DNA of 64,000 nucleotides from an uncultured Bacteroidia bacterium (GTDB taxonomy: Bacteria; Bacteroidota; Bacteroidia; NS11-12g; UBA9320), in assembly GCA_943846675.1 (NCBI GenBank), contig OX044357.1, positions 1,546,010 through 1,610,009 of the forward strand, given 5' to 3'. The translations under genes were made by a program, and so were the position numbers. Shown in pieces: positions 48,959 through 58,972 of the stretch. Numbering within the stretch: position 1 is the first letter of the stretch; each line of letters begins with the position of its first letter. The notes under the pieces were generated by a model. The model was given only the letters and a program-made list of their open reading frames with translations. It was not told the origin of the DNA and did no database searches.

Positions 48959-49888
48959 CTACCTTGCCGCCCGTGTCATTCGGTCATTTATAGCCTTCCC
49001 AATACCGACATCTGGTGCTTTACAAATGGCAATTTCATTGCGTTCCGAATCATCTGCTTGACGTAATGCCGTAAATAATTGTTGAGCCATTTCGTCCAAG
49101 ATGCTGGTGGGTGAGAGATTGAAGTCAAACAGGCCTTCACCATAACCTATCGTAAAAACGTTGTCTTGATTGAACTGCAATAATTCATAGGGTTGACCTA
49201 CTAAATGAGTGGGTTTGCCTGTTGCATAATGCTTGTCGAGCTGACCGGGTGCAGAAGGGTTTGAGTTGTTTGAAATACTCACTTCTACAGATCCTACAAC
49301 TTTTTCTATGGCTTCTTGATCAATTCCGCCAAATCGTAAAATTTTAGGTACGTCCGTCTCAAACGAAACGATGGTTGATTCCAATCCTACGATGCATGGG
49401 CCACCATCAAGAATGTATTCAATCTTGTTACCTAGTTGATCTTCTACATGCTGAGCCGTAGTTGGACTTACATAACTAAACGGGTTCGCACTTGGAGCAG
49501 CAAGAGGGAAGTCCAATGTGCTTAATAGGGCTTTGGTCATTTGGTGGCGTGGCATTCGCACACCAACGTACCGCAAACCGGAGGTAACAATATCGGGAAC
49601 CAATCCTGACTTTGGGAGTATTAAAGTGAGAGGTCCTGGCCAGAAGGCGTCCATCAGTTCCAGTGCTTTTTTAGGAACATCAACGGTTAACTTATTAACC
49701 CAATCAACAGAGCTCACATGAACTATTAACGGGTCGAAACTCGGACGATTCTTTGCCTTGTAAATAGTCAATACCGCATTTGTATGCAGCGCATTCGCTG
49801 CCAATCCATAAACCGTTTCTGTTGGTATAGCAACCAACTTGTCGGCCTCAAGCAGCTGTTTGGCAACCGATAGGTCGGTACCAATCAT
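48959..49888 (-). CDS. tsaC: L-threonylcarbamoyladenylate synthase (Sua5/YrdC type)
   Basis: 309 aa with the YrdC signature (VAIPTETVYGLAANAL) plus a Sua5 C-terminal domain. Confidence 0.85.
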   Translation of the reverse strand: MIGTDLSVAKQLLEADKLVAIPTETVYGLAANALHTNAVLTIYKAKNRPSFDPLIVHVSSVDWVNKLTVDVPKKALELMDAFWPGPLTLILPKSGLVPDIVTSGLRYVGVRMPRHQMTKALLSTLDFPLAAPSANPFSYVSPTTAQHVEDQLGNKIEYILDGGPCIVGLESTIVSFETDVPKILRFGGIDQEAIEKVVGSVEVSISNNSNPSAPGQLDKHYATGKPTHLVGQPYELLQFNQDNVFTIGYGEGLFDFNLSPTSILDEMAQQLFTALRQADDSERNEIAICKAPDVGIGKAINDRMTRAAR

Positions 49889-49891
49889 AGG

Positions 49892-51253
49892 TTACTTTTT
49901 AGTACGTTTGAGTCCGTATTTGTCAATCTTGTTGTACAAGTGACTTCGTTGAATGTCAATCTCTGCAGCTGTTTTGGCCACATTCCATTTGTTCTTCTTC
50001 AACTTGGCATCAATAAACACTTTCTCTGCGTAGTCTTTGAAATCTTGGAATTTGTCAAACTGCTCAACGACATCTAAACTACTTGTTCGTCGACTTGCCG
50101 CGTTAGAGAAGTTCAAGACGTCTTCGCCTGTGATTTTATCGTCGCACAAAATGGTTAAACGCTCAATAACGTTACGCAGTTCACGAATGTTACCAGACCA
50201 ACTGATCTTTTTTAGTTCTTGCATAGCACTGGCGGCTAAAACCTTACGTGGCATGCCATTGTCTTCGCAAGTTTCATTGATAAACTTCTCAGCCAACAAT
50301 GGGATATCGTCTGTACGCTCGTTTAAAGACGGTACATGGATAAGAATAACGCTGATTCGGTGGTATAAATCTTCTCGGAAGTTTCCTTCATCTATCTCTT
50401 TTCGCAGGTCTTTGTTTGTTGCGGCCACAATCCGAACGTCAACGTCCAAGTCTTTGTCGCCACCCACACGAGTAATTTTGTTTTCTTGTAAAGCACGTAA
50501 TACTTTGGCTTGAGCCGATAAGCTCATGTCGCCAATTTCATCTAAGAATAAAGTGCCCTTATGTGCTTTTTCAAACTTACCACTACGCTGTTTGTGGGCA
50601 GAAGTAAACGATCCTTTCTCGTGACCAAATAACTCACTTTCAATTAGTTCCGACGGTATTGCGGCACAGTTTACTTCAACAAAGGCCTCTGAATGACGGT
50701 TTCCTTTTTCGTGAATCCATCTGGCAACCAGTTCCTTTCCTGTACCATTCTGACCCGTGATTAAAACCCTTGCATCTGTTGGAGCAACCTTTTCAATGGT
50801 ATCCTTAATTTTTTTGATGGATGGGCTTTCGCCAACCATTTCACGCGTTTTGGTGATTTTACGCTTGAGTACTTTAGTCTCAATGACCAAACTATTCTTC
50901 TCTGTTGCGTTACGAACAGTGATCAGTAGCTTGTTTAAATCTGGTGGTTTAGAAATGAAATCGAAGGCACCTTTTTTGGTTGCTTCGAGCGCTGTTTCTA
51001 TAGTGCCATGACCGGAAATCATGATGAAGGGAAGTTCTGGAACCAATTCAGAAACCTTATCTAGTAGTTCGATGCCATCCATTCCTGGCATCTTGATATC
51101 ACATAAGACAGCGTCGTAGTTAAACTTCTTGATTAAGTCAAACGCTTTTTTACCGTCTTCGGCTTCTTCTACTTCGTAGCTTTCGTATAAAAGAATCTCC
51201 TTAAGGGTTTCCCTGATACTCTTCTCATCGTCTACAATTAATACTCGTGGCAT
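49892..51253 (-). CDS. sigma-54-dependent response regulator (NtrC family)
   Basis: 453 aa with a REC domain (VLIVDDE...D), an AAA+ sigma-54 interaction domain (ITGQNGTGKE, GAFDFISKP-type ESELFGHEKGSFT) and a C-terminal Fis-type HTH. Confidence 0.9.
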   Translation of the reverse strand: MPRVLIVDDEKSIRETLKEILLYESYEVEEAEDGKKAFDLIKKFNYDAVLCDIKMPGMDGIELLDKVSELVPELPFIMISGHGTIETALEATKKGAFDFISKPPDLNKLLITVRNATEKNSLVIETKVLKRKITKTREMVGESPSIKKIKDTIEKVAPTDARVLITGQNGTGKELVARWIHEKGNRHSEAFVEVNCAAIPSELIESELFGHEKGSFTSAHKQRSGKFEKAHKGTLFLDEIGDMSLSAQAKVLRALQENKITRVGGDKDLDVDVRIVAATNKDLRKEIDEGNFREDLYHRISVILIHVPSLNERTDDIPLLAEKFINETCEDNGMPRKVLAASAMQELKKISWSGNIRELRNVIERLTILCDDKITGEDVLNFSNAASRRTSSLDVVEQFDKFQDFKDYAEKVFIDAKLKKNKWNVAKTAAEIDIQRSHLYNKIDKYGLKRTKK

Positions 51254-51271
51254 ATTTTCTATTTTAAAAAA

Positions 51272-51655
51272 AGGACAAACTTGTAAGCCGGGTTCTGTAC
51301 CATGACCAAGGTCACGATGCCTATCATTTATCTAGTCCTAATGTTGCCATCAGGATCAATCAACCTACCCTCCTTAGTTGCCGAAGCATTGAGCGGGCAG
51401 CTCTTATAACTAAGGTTTACTTGGTTTTTCAACATGCAAGGTTTGTACCGTTTCGATGTTGCCACCGAAAAGCGTGGTCTCTTACACCACGTTTTCACCA
51501 TTCCCTGTCCTAAAACAGGATGTTATTTTCTGCTACACTCGCTGTCTTGCAGCCTTTCAACTGCAATCCCCCGAAGTTATCGGGGTGCATTGCCCTGCGT
51601 TGCCCGGACTTTCCTCGTAATCACAAAAGTGAGCACGCGATAGACCCGTTTGTCC
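51272..51655 (-). ncRNA. rnpB: RNase P RNA (bacterial type A)
   Basis: The minus strand reads ...GAGGAAAGTCCGGGCAACGCAGGGCAATGCACCCCGATAAC... (P4 5' strand) and ...ACAGAACCCGGCTTACAAG (P4 3' strand). A P1 helix pairs GGACAAAC at 51655 with GTTTGTCC at 51272, and a T-run follows the 3' end. The tracked ORF 51434..51643 lies inside it. Confidence 0.8.
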
Positions 51656-51695
51656 AAGACAAAAGTAAATAAAATATGTACAAAATAATTGACGG

Positions 51696-52739
51696 TTAGT
51701 CGCCGCTATGCTTCAGTATGGCGTAAACCGGAAGGTGGTCACTATATCCGGCTAGATAGTTTTTGCCACCAAATGTTCGTAAAGGGAAGTTTTTATATTT
51801 TCCAGATGCTTGCTTTAGCCACTTTTCGTCACGAATTTTAGCTGACTTTCCTACGTACTCCCATGATTTGCCGTCTAACAGGTTATCGTTCACCATTATT
51901 TGATCTAACATGTTCCAAGTACCTCTAAAGCAATAACTACCTTTTTTCTTGTCATTAAGTCGACTCATAACGTTGAAAAGTTGTTCATTACTAATTGTTT
52001 TGTAATCGCCAGAAGTATTCAATTCGGTCAAAACACTCTTGTTATCTGGTTCATCATTAAAATCCCCAACCACAACTACGTTGGCATTCGGTGTAAGTTT
52101 AACCAAACTATCTTTCAGGCGTTTTAGCGTTTTTGCCGCTTGTATACGCTTTGGTTCACTCTCTGCAAGACCTCCGCGTCGACTTGGCCAGTGATTCACA
52201 AAAAATAGAAAATCTTCGTCTCCCACAACACTTTTCATTTTGACCCACAAAATGTCTCTCGTTATTTGCTCAAATTCAGAAAGGTCTACCCATTGAACTC
52301 CGCTCTCTACAAGGGTCAATTTTTTAGGGTTATACATGGCCGCAACGTCAATACCTCTTGCGTCGCTACTTTCATAGTGGACGAGCTCGAATTTTAGTTT
52401 ATTTAGTGGGTTTGTCGCTAATAGATCTTCTACCACTGTTTTGTTTTCGACTTCACATAAGCCTAGAAAATCTGGAGCGTACTGACCATCAAAAGTGGTA
52501 ATTACTTTGGCCAAGTTGTGTAATTTAGTTTTATACTTTTCTGTATTCCATTGTCGGAATGAATCCGGTAAATATTCTCCATCATAGGTTTCAGGATCGT
52601 CTATCGTGTCGAATAGGTTTTCGACATTGTAGAATGCGACTCCCATATAATGTGGCTCTTTGCAAGACGAGTAAATCATTGCAACAACGAAACAAATGCC
52701 AAGTAAAAGTACTGTTTTGCGCATTGTCCAAAAGTACAA
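51696..52739 (-). CDS. secreted endonuclease/exonuclease/phosphatase (EEP) family protein
   Basis: 347 aa with a signal peptide. EEP motifs include LGLCEVEN and SDHLPVYAIL at the C-terminus. Confidence 0.75.
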   Translation of the reverse strand: MYFWTMRKTVLLLGICFVVAMIYSSCKEPHYMGVAFYNVENLFDTIDDPETYDGEYLPDSFRQWNTEKYKTKLHNLAKVITTFDGQYAPDFLGLCEVENKTVVEDLLATNPLNKLKFELVHYESSDARGIDVAAMYNPKKLTLVESGVQWVDLSEFEQITRDILWVKMKSVVGDEDFLFFVNHWPSRRGGLAESEPKRIQAAKTLKRLKDSLVKLTPNANVVVVGDFNDEPDNKSVLTELNTSGDYKTISNEQLFNVMSRLNDKKKGSYCFRGTWNMLDQIMVNDNLLDGKSWEYVGKSAKIRDEKWLKQASGKYKNFPLRTFGGKNYLAGYSDHLPVYAILKHSGD

Positions 52740-52831
52740 TTGTCAATCAAAATAGGCGATAAATGTTTCGTGTTTATGAATTAATAAATAACACATGGTA
52801 TCGACTCACATTCAACCTGTAGTTTTGCGTT

Positions 52832-54208
52832 ATGACGTTGATAAAATCGATATCCGGATTTAGAGGAACTATAGGGGGAAAAGTAGGAGAAAACCTGACA
52901 CCTATTGATACCGTAAAGTTTGCTGCAGCTTTTGCGACTTGGTTAAAAGACCAAGACAAAGGCAACACTATTGTTATTGGTAGGGATGCCAGAATTAGTG
53001 GTTCTATGATTTCGAGTTTGGTAACCAACACCTTAATTGGTATGGGGATGAATGTGATTGACTTAGGGTTAAGCACAACACCTACGGTGGAAATGGCAGT
53101 GCCTAGTTTAAAGGCAGCCGCAGGCATAATACTTACAGCAAGTCATAATCCGGCACAATGGAACGCCTTAAAATTGCTGAATAGTAAAGGGGAATTTATT
53201 AGCGCGGAAGATGGAAAAGAGTTGCTTCAAATTGCTGAAGGGGATGACATGACTTTTGCTGGTGTCAATGAGCTAGGCACTGTCATAGAAGACACTACAT
53301 GGATTGAAAAACATATTGACGCTATTCTTGAATGCAGCGAGGTGGATCAGGATGCGATTGCAGCAGCAAATTTCAGCGTGGTTGTAGACGGTGTAAACAG
53401 TACCGGTGGCATCGCGATTCCAGCGGTTCTTAAACGTTTAGGCGTAACCGAAATTACAGAACTGTATTGTGATCCAACGGGCGATTTCCCGCACAACCCT
53501 GAACCACTAGCCGAAAATTTAACGAAAATATCGGAAGTGGTAAAGTCGAAGAAGGCTGACCTAGGCATCGTTGTAGATCCAGATGTAGATAGGTTGTGTT
53601 TTGTTATGGAAAATGGAGACTTGTTTGGAGAGGAGTATACCTTGGTTGCAGTCTCTGATTATTTGTTGGGTATTCAACCAGGCAACACGGTTTCCAATTT
53701 GTCGAGTACCAGAGCACTGCGAGATGTCACTGAAAAACATGGAGGCAAATACACAGCCAGTGCTGTGGGCGAGGTGAATGTGGTTGATAAAATGAAAGAA
53801 ACACAAGCTGTGATTGGTGGAGAAGGAAACGGCGGCGTGATTTGGCCAAAGCTTCATTACGGTAGAGATGCCCTTGCTGGTGTCGCTTTGTTTTTAAGTC
53901 ACCTTGCTCAGAAAAAGTGTTCCATGACCGAATTGAAAGCTTCCTATCCTTTATATGAAATGTCAAAGAACAAAATAGAACTTACTCCTGACATGAATAT
54001 TCCTGATATATTGAAACAAATGGGGGAGAAGTATGCCCACGAAGACACCAACACCGTAGACGGATTGAAGATAGAGTTTGCTGAAGAGTGGGTGCATCTT
54101 AGGGGCTCAAACACAGAGCCAATTATTCGTATTTATGCAGAAAGCAAATCTGCTCAGAAAGCCCACGAATTGACCGAAAGGATAAAAGCGGAAGTATTAG
54201 CACCGTAG
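52832..54208 (+). CDS. glmM: phosphoglucosamine mutase (alpha-D-phosphohexomutase family)
   Basis: 458 aa with the active-site loop TASHNP, metal-binding DPDVDR and the Bacteroidota GlmM-like N-terminus MTLIKSISGFRGTIGG. Confidence 0.8.
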   Translation: MTLIKSISGFRGTIGGKVGENLTPIDTVKFAAAFATWLKDQDKGNTIVIGRDARISGSMISSLVTNTLIGMGMNVIDLGLSTTPTVEMAVPSLKAAAGIILTASHNPAQWNALKLLNSKGEFISAEDGKELLQIAEGDDMTFAGVNELGTVIEDTTWIEKHIDAILECSEVDQDAIAAANFSVVVDGVNSTGGIAIPAVLKRLGVTEITELYCDPTGDFPHNPEPLAENLTKISEVVKSKKADLGIVVDPDVDRLCFVMENGDLFGEEYTLVAVSDYLLGIQPGNTVSNLSSTRALRDVTEKHGGKYTASAVGEVNVVDKMKETQAVIGGEGNGGVIWPKLHYGRDALAGVALFLSHLAQKKCSMTELKASYPLYEMSKNKIELTPDMNIPDILKQMGEKYAHEDTNTVDGLKIEFAEEWVHLRGSNTEPIIRIYAESKSAQKAHELTERIKAEVLAP

Positions 54209-54209
54209 G

Positions 54210-55649
54210 CTAGTCTTTGTCTTTCTTTTTCTTGTCTTTCTTTTTTAGTTTCTTCTCGCCGCGACCGATGGTCACATTGATGCCAGTCCTCATGTTGATG
54301 GTATTCGCTTGTTTATGCGCAAATAGGCCAATCAGGTTGTCGCTAACAAAATAGGTTTGAATTGGTCCAGCATTGAGGCTAAACCCTAATCCTGCGTTAA
54401 CGATTGAATTGTTTGCCACTGAATACGACAGCGATACACCCAACACCCTGGTTAATTTAGAGTTCCAACTTAACGTAATAGCTGGATCAAGGGTTTTCTT
54501 ATAGACACTGCCATGCAAAAGAACGCCAGCATTGTGATTCTTTGTGAAATTTAGATTTCCACCTACGTAAAACTGTGCAAATAAACCAGTTGTAAAAGAC
54601 TCTGTGTTGTTGTTTAGTCTAAAGGTTGATTGTAATGTGTCACTCAATTTATTAAATGCGGTCTCTACGTCATCGCCGTCAAAATCAAGCGCGTTTTCAA
54701 TGTTAAGACCCGTAAATTGATACGTAGCACTAGGGTTTTCCGATTTCCAATTGTACGTGTTGGTATTCCATGTAATGCGGCCAAGGTTGGTAATACTTGC
54801 GCTCAATGTAAGGTTATTGTTGAGTTTGTATGTAGCTCCTAGATCTAACGCAACACCGTGATTACCACCTTTTAAAATAGAATTAACGGCATCTTGAAAG
54901 GTTAATGAATCAGAAAACTCAAAAGTCGAATCAAAAGGTGATATAGAAGGAATACCGCTAAAAGAGTTTGCTGTATTAATTTGAATATCTGATTGCAAGT
55001 AGTAATCAAAGGTATTTGGGTCAGTCGTAAAGTTAAACGAACTCTCTTCAGTAGATACCGTAGCAATCCCTTTTATGAAATGGACCCGTCCACCTACGGT
55101 TAACTTGTCATTCATTAGCTTGCGGCTATATCCAATGCCTACTTCTGCGTAAGACATCATATCTAAACCGAAACCAAAGTCGAACTCTCGATTAAGGTTT
55201 GCACCACCGTTTCCTTGGGCAACAAATTGGAAGAAATCGCCAGGAGCTGTAAATCTTACGTTATTAACCAGTGATGTGTTGAAGAAGAAATAGTTCTTTT
55301 TTACCTTAAAGCCGAATGAAAACAGATCAACGGAATTCGAAATAGATATGAAATTCTTTTTCTTAAATCCGTCTGTAAACTCTCCTAACATAAACGTCGT
55401 GTCTCCATTTTCATCTGGTCGGATAGCGTCAACCACGTCTCCAAGTTTGAAAGCTGAGAGCCCAAAATCAAAGTAGTTCGAAGAGATGCCTGGTAATCCT
55501 ATAAAGACCTTTGCGTCGGATTGATTTGCAGGATTGACATAAAACTTTTGTGGAATTGGCTTCATGTTGTACAAGGTTAAATTGTTTTGTCCTTGCACTT
55601 GTATTAAACCTATCAGAGCGACAACCGAAGTAATAATTAATCTTTTCAT
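54210..55649 (-). CDS. outer-membrane beta-barrel protein with PorP/SprF-like N-terminal motif and a Lys/Asp-rich C-terminal tail
   Basis: 479 aa with a signal peptide. The N-terminal LYNMKPIPQKFYVNPANQS resembles the PorP/SprF Y-M-x..NPA motif. The body has many alternating beta-strand-like segments. The tail is GEKKLKKKDKKKKDKD. Confidence 0.45.
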   Translation of the reverse strand: MKRLIITSVVALIGLIQVQGQNNLTLYNMKPIPQKFYVNPANQSDAKVFIGLPGISSNYFDFGLSAFKLGDVVDAIRPDENGDTTFMLGEFTDGFKKKNFISISNSVDLFSFGFKVKKNYFFFNTSLVNNVRFTAPGDFFQFVAQGNGGANLNREFDFGFGLDMMSYAEVGIGYSRKLMNDKLTVGGRVHFIKGIATVSTEESSFNFTTDPNTFDYYLQSDIQINTANSFSGIPSISPFDSTFEFSDSLTFQDAVNSILKGGNHGVALDLGATYKLNNNLTLSASITNLGRITWNTNTYNWKSENPSATYQFTGLNIENALDFDGDDVETAFNKLSDTLQSTFRLNNNTESFTTGLFAQFYVGGNLNFTKNHNAGVLLHGSVYKKTLDPAITLSWNSKLTRVLGVSLSYSVANNSIVNAGLGFSLNAGPIQTYFVSDNLIGLFAHKQANTINMRTGINVTIGRGEKKLKKKDKKKKDKD

Positions 55650-55652
55650 GGC

Positions 55653-57305
55653 TTACTTCGTTTCAAGATTAAATACCCCTTTGGCTTGTATACCTAATTT
55701 TACACTGATTCCATAGTCATTGAAAAACTTGACTTCAGGTTGCGGTGTGACACCCTTATAGGTGTTCAGGTTGGCTTTAATTAAGCCGAGTTTTGATTCC
55801 CTTATTTTGTCAAACCTTTCTTTGTTTAATGTGATGTCTAACGTGTAGATGGTTGGACCAGTAATTTTACCAGTACCATCAACTGCAGCGCTCCTTAATA
55901 AGAATGTATCATCTTTAAAAAGAGAATCAATCGTTACATTATTTTCGTCTTGGAAATACAATTGAATGTCTACATCAAGTGGGAAGTCGTTTTCTAAAAA
56001 GAGTCGCAGCGTGACCTCATCCAGCTCTTCGACGTCGTCCAAATCAGTATAGGTGCTGTCTAATGATACTTCTCGACTTAAGGTAATGCCATCTGCGGAT
56101 CCATGCAGCGGAATATCAATATCTACGCCAACTACAAGCTCGCTGTTATAGGTGATAAAATTACGATCAGTGGTTCCTGGTGGGTTTATCTGAGCACCGT
56201 ATCCGTATAGCAAATACTCTGGCACATTACTTACGACATCGGCGATGTTACTGTTGTCTTTATTGAGTTCAAACGAATCCACCAAGGTTTCCCCTATTTG
56301 TTGTTTGTTTGGCGTTGGTATAACCAATGGGTCAGGGTAACCAGTAAGCGTAATCTTTCCTTTGGACTTAGAGAAACTAGAGAATTCACTAATTGTTGAA
56401 TGTATTGGAAGTCCGTAAGAGTTTGATAATATTATCTTGATTCTCGGGTCGCCAATTCTGAACTCAATGTCTTGTAGTGAGGAATCTACACCTTTAAAAA
56501 GGTCCAGACGTAACGTGTCGGCTGCTTCAGGTGCGATGTCAGAAGGTTTCACCAAACCATATAAGACGTCATATTCGTTGTAAATGAAATCTGTTACAAA
56601 GCTTAGCTTGTCATCTGTGCTTATAGGGTTGTTGCCCACTTTAGTTACAGAGATTTTAAACTGTGCTAAAACTTGGTCAAAATCTTTGTCGCCACTTTTA
56701 GTCAGATCGAAAAACGAATTATTAAGATCCTTGTTTTGCTTGGAAACCACCGTCCCAGTTCCATCATAAGCCAAATCAAATGCATACTTCAACGGTAGGC
56801 CATTTTTTACAATCTCAGGGATTGTGATGTCTACTTGAACATCATGTTGGATGTCTGACGTTAATTGCGTCATAACACCACAGGCACCCATGACAATACT
56901 GTCTATTTCGGCATTGTCAACACCAAAATTAAAGAGCGTAGTGAAGCTAACTTCCGTACTACTTGTGTTGTTTAGTTCGTTGATATGGAATTGTAATAAT
57001 CCAAAAGAACCGTCAAAGTGCTGCAACGGTATGCGCACAATTTCGTTGGCTTTTAAACTGGCTAATTCGTCGCGATAAACAACATGAAACAGGTTGTCAT
57101 GATCTACCTCTACAAAAGCGGTTGAGCTTTCGTTAAAGAAATCACTTATGGTAACACGCGTATTAACCAGAGGCACTGCAATCGTAGGGTCCCACTGAAC
57201 TTGCTCTACACTGTCAATGGTTTTAAACGTTTCCTTAATGTCTTTAATGCAACCGGAAAAAACACCAGTAAATACAATTAAAATAAGTATTCTTGAAAGC
57301 CTCAT
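55653..57305 (-). CDS. hypothetical lipoprotein, co-transcribed with the downstream OM protein
   Basis: 550 aa with a lipobox (VFSGC). It lies 3 nt upstream of 54210..55649 on the same strand. Confidence 0.5.
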   Translation of the reverse strand: MRLSRILILIVFTGVFSGCIKDIKETFKTIDSVEQVQWDPTIAVPLVNTRVTISDFFNESSTAFVEVDHDNLFHVVYRDELASLKANEIVRIPLQHFDGSFGLLQFHINELNNTSSTEVSFTTLFNFGVDNAEIDSIVMGACGVMTQLTSDIQHDVQVDITIPEIVKNGLPLKYAFDLAYDGTGTVVSKQNKDLNNSFFDLTKSGDKDFDQVLAQFKISVTKVGNNPISTDDKLSFVTDFIYNEYDVLYGLVKPSDIAPEAADTLRLDLFKGVDSSLQDIEFRIGDPRIKIILSNSYGLPIHSTISEFSSFSKSKGKITLTGYPDPLVIPTPNKQQIGETLVDSFELNKDNSNIADVVSNVPEYLLYGYGAQINPPGTTDRNFITYNSELVVGVDIDIPLHGSADGITLSREVSLDSTYTDLDDVEELDEVTLRLFLENDFPLDVDIQLYFQDENNVTIDSLFKDDTFLLRSAAVDGTGKITGPTIYTLDITLNKERFDKIRESKLGLIKANLNTYKGVTPQPEVKFFNDYGISVKLGIQAKGVFNLETK

Positions 57306-57426
57306 GTCAACTAGATTTGAAGACGCAAGTTACAGAATAGTCACTTTGTCCAAAAGGGTTGTTTACTATTTGTGGCAATCAAAAGACAAATAAATTTGAC
57401 TGCCGGATATTCAACATTACTAAGGT

Positions 57427-58395
57427 TTACATCACATGACCTTTCGCGCTTAAGTAGCGCTCAGCGTCCAAAGCTGCCATACAACCTGTACCTGCCGCTG
57501 TTACGGCTTGTCTGTAAATCTTGTCTTGCGCATCACCACAAGCAAAAACACCCTCTACATTTGTTTTGGCAGTACCTGGTTTGGCAATGATGTATCCTTG
57601 ATCATCCATGTCTACAAAGTCTTTAAAAATCGCGGTGTTTGGTGTATGTCCAATCGCGACAAAGAAACCTTTCACTGGAATTTCTTTCTTTTCGTTGGTG
57701 ATGTTATTGTGCACACGAACACCTTCTACCTCCATATCGCCCAAAATCTCGTCTGTTTCCGTGTTGAATAATACTTCAATATTCTCTGTGTTTTCAACCC
57801 GATGCTGCATCGCTTTTGAGGCACGCATTTCATCACGACGAACCAACATGTATACTTTGTTGCAAATTTTTGATAGGTATGTAGCTTCTTCTGCTGCAGT
57901 ATCTCCTGCGCCTACTATGGCTACATCCAAACCTCGGTAAAAGAAACCGTCACATACAGCACAAGCAGAAACTCCACTACCGTTTAAGCGTGTTTCACTT
58001 TCTATACCCAACCACTTAGCTGAAGCACCTGTTGAAATAATAACAGATTCAGCTTCTATTTCGTGTTTGTCGTCGACCCACACTTTATGTGGTGCACCGT
58101 TTGAAAAATCTACCTTGGTAATCATTCCAAAACGGACATCGGTACCCAGTCGCACTGCTTGCTTTTTGAAATTGTCCATCATTTCAGGACCCATTATCCC
58201 ATCTGGATATCCAGGATAGTTTTCTACGTCTGTCGTTATGGTTAATTGTCCACCTGGCTGCATACCTTCATACAAAACAGGCTTCATATCTGCACGTGCT
58301 GCATATATGGCTGCCGTATATCCTGCAGGGCCACTTCCAATGATTAAACATTCTACTTTTTCGACGTTTTCTGACATTTCTAAAATTTTATGCAA
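57427..58395 (-). CDS. trxB: thioredoxin-disulfide reductase
   Basis: 322 aa with an FAD motif (IIGSGPAGYTAAIYAAR), the redox-active CAVCDG and an NADPH motif (VAIVGAGDTAAEEA). Confidence 0.9.
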   Translation of the reverse strand: MHKILEMSENVEKVECLIIGSGPAGYTAAIYAARADMKPVLYEGMQPGGQLTITTDVENYPGYPDGIMGPEMMDNFKKQAVRLGTDVRFGMITKVDFSNGAPHKVWVDDKHEIEAESVIISTGASAKWLGIESETRLNGSGVSACAVCDGFFYRGLDVAIVGAGDTAAEEATYLSKICNKVYMLVRRDEMRASKAMQHRVENTENIEVLFNTETDEILGDMEVEGVRVHNNITNEKKEIPVKGFFVAIGHTPNTAIFKDFVDMDDQGYIIAKPGTAKTNVEGVFACGDAQDKIYRQAVTAAGTGCMAALDAERYLSAKGHVM

Positions 58396-58523
58396 TTATA
58401 CAATCAGGAGTCGCAAAAGTTGAAAGAAGTGGACAAACTGTCGATGATAAAAATCAATACATAAATAATTATTTTCGATAGTGACTTCAAACAACAATTC
58501 TTTTAATTTGGCACAACCATTAA

Positions 58524-58970
58524 TTGTTTATGACTAACACTAACCTTAATCACTTCGTTGTCATCCTGTTAACAGGATCATTTCTATTATTTGGTTGTAG
58601 CCAAGAGTACACTTCCGCTAGCCTTAATGGCAAGTGGCAGGTGACCAAAATGGTAGCAGATATGCCTGAATTAAAAGATTTGTCTCCTGCCATTATAAAA
58701 GCAGGAGAGGAGCTTGCACTATCGACGACGTATGAATTTAACGCAGATGGTTCAAGCATCGAGACATCAAATTATTATCCGGAAGGTATTCCTGGCAAAT
58801 GGACATACAACTCCGATAGCATGACGCTTAACCTTATCAGCACGGATGAAGCCATACCAAGTGAATCGTATTATACGGTGGCGTTTCACAGTAAACGCAA
58901 AATGACGTTACTCCAGAATTATCAGGAAATGGGTAGTTTGAAAATGGAATTGGTAAGATTGAAGAAGTAA
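58524..58970 (+). CDS. small lipoprotein (lipocalin-like?), hypothetical
   Basis: 148 aa with a lipobox (LLFGCS). Confidence 0.45.
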   Translation: MFMTNTNLNHFVVILLTGSFLLFGCSQEYTSASLNGKWQVTKMVADMPELKDLSPAIIKAGEELALSTTYEFNADGSSIETSNYYPEGIPGKWTYNSDSMTLNLISTDEAIPSESYYTVAFHSKRKMTLLQNYQEMGSLKMELVRLKK

Positions 58971-58972
58971 CA

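Noticed and set aside
51434-51643. 69-aa ORF on the + strand
   Set aside because: It lies entirely inside the RNase P RNA gene (minus strand), so it is a spurious ORF.
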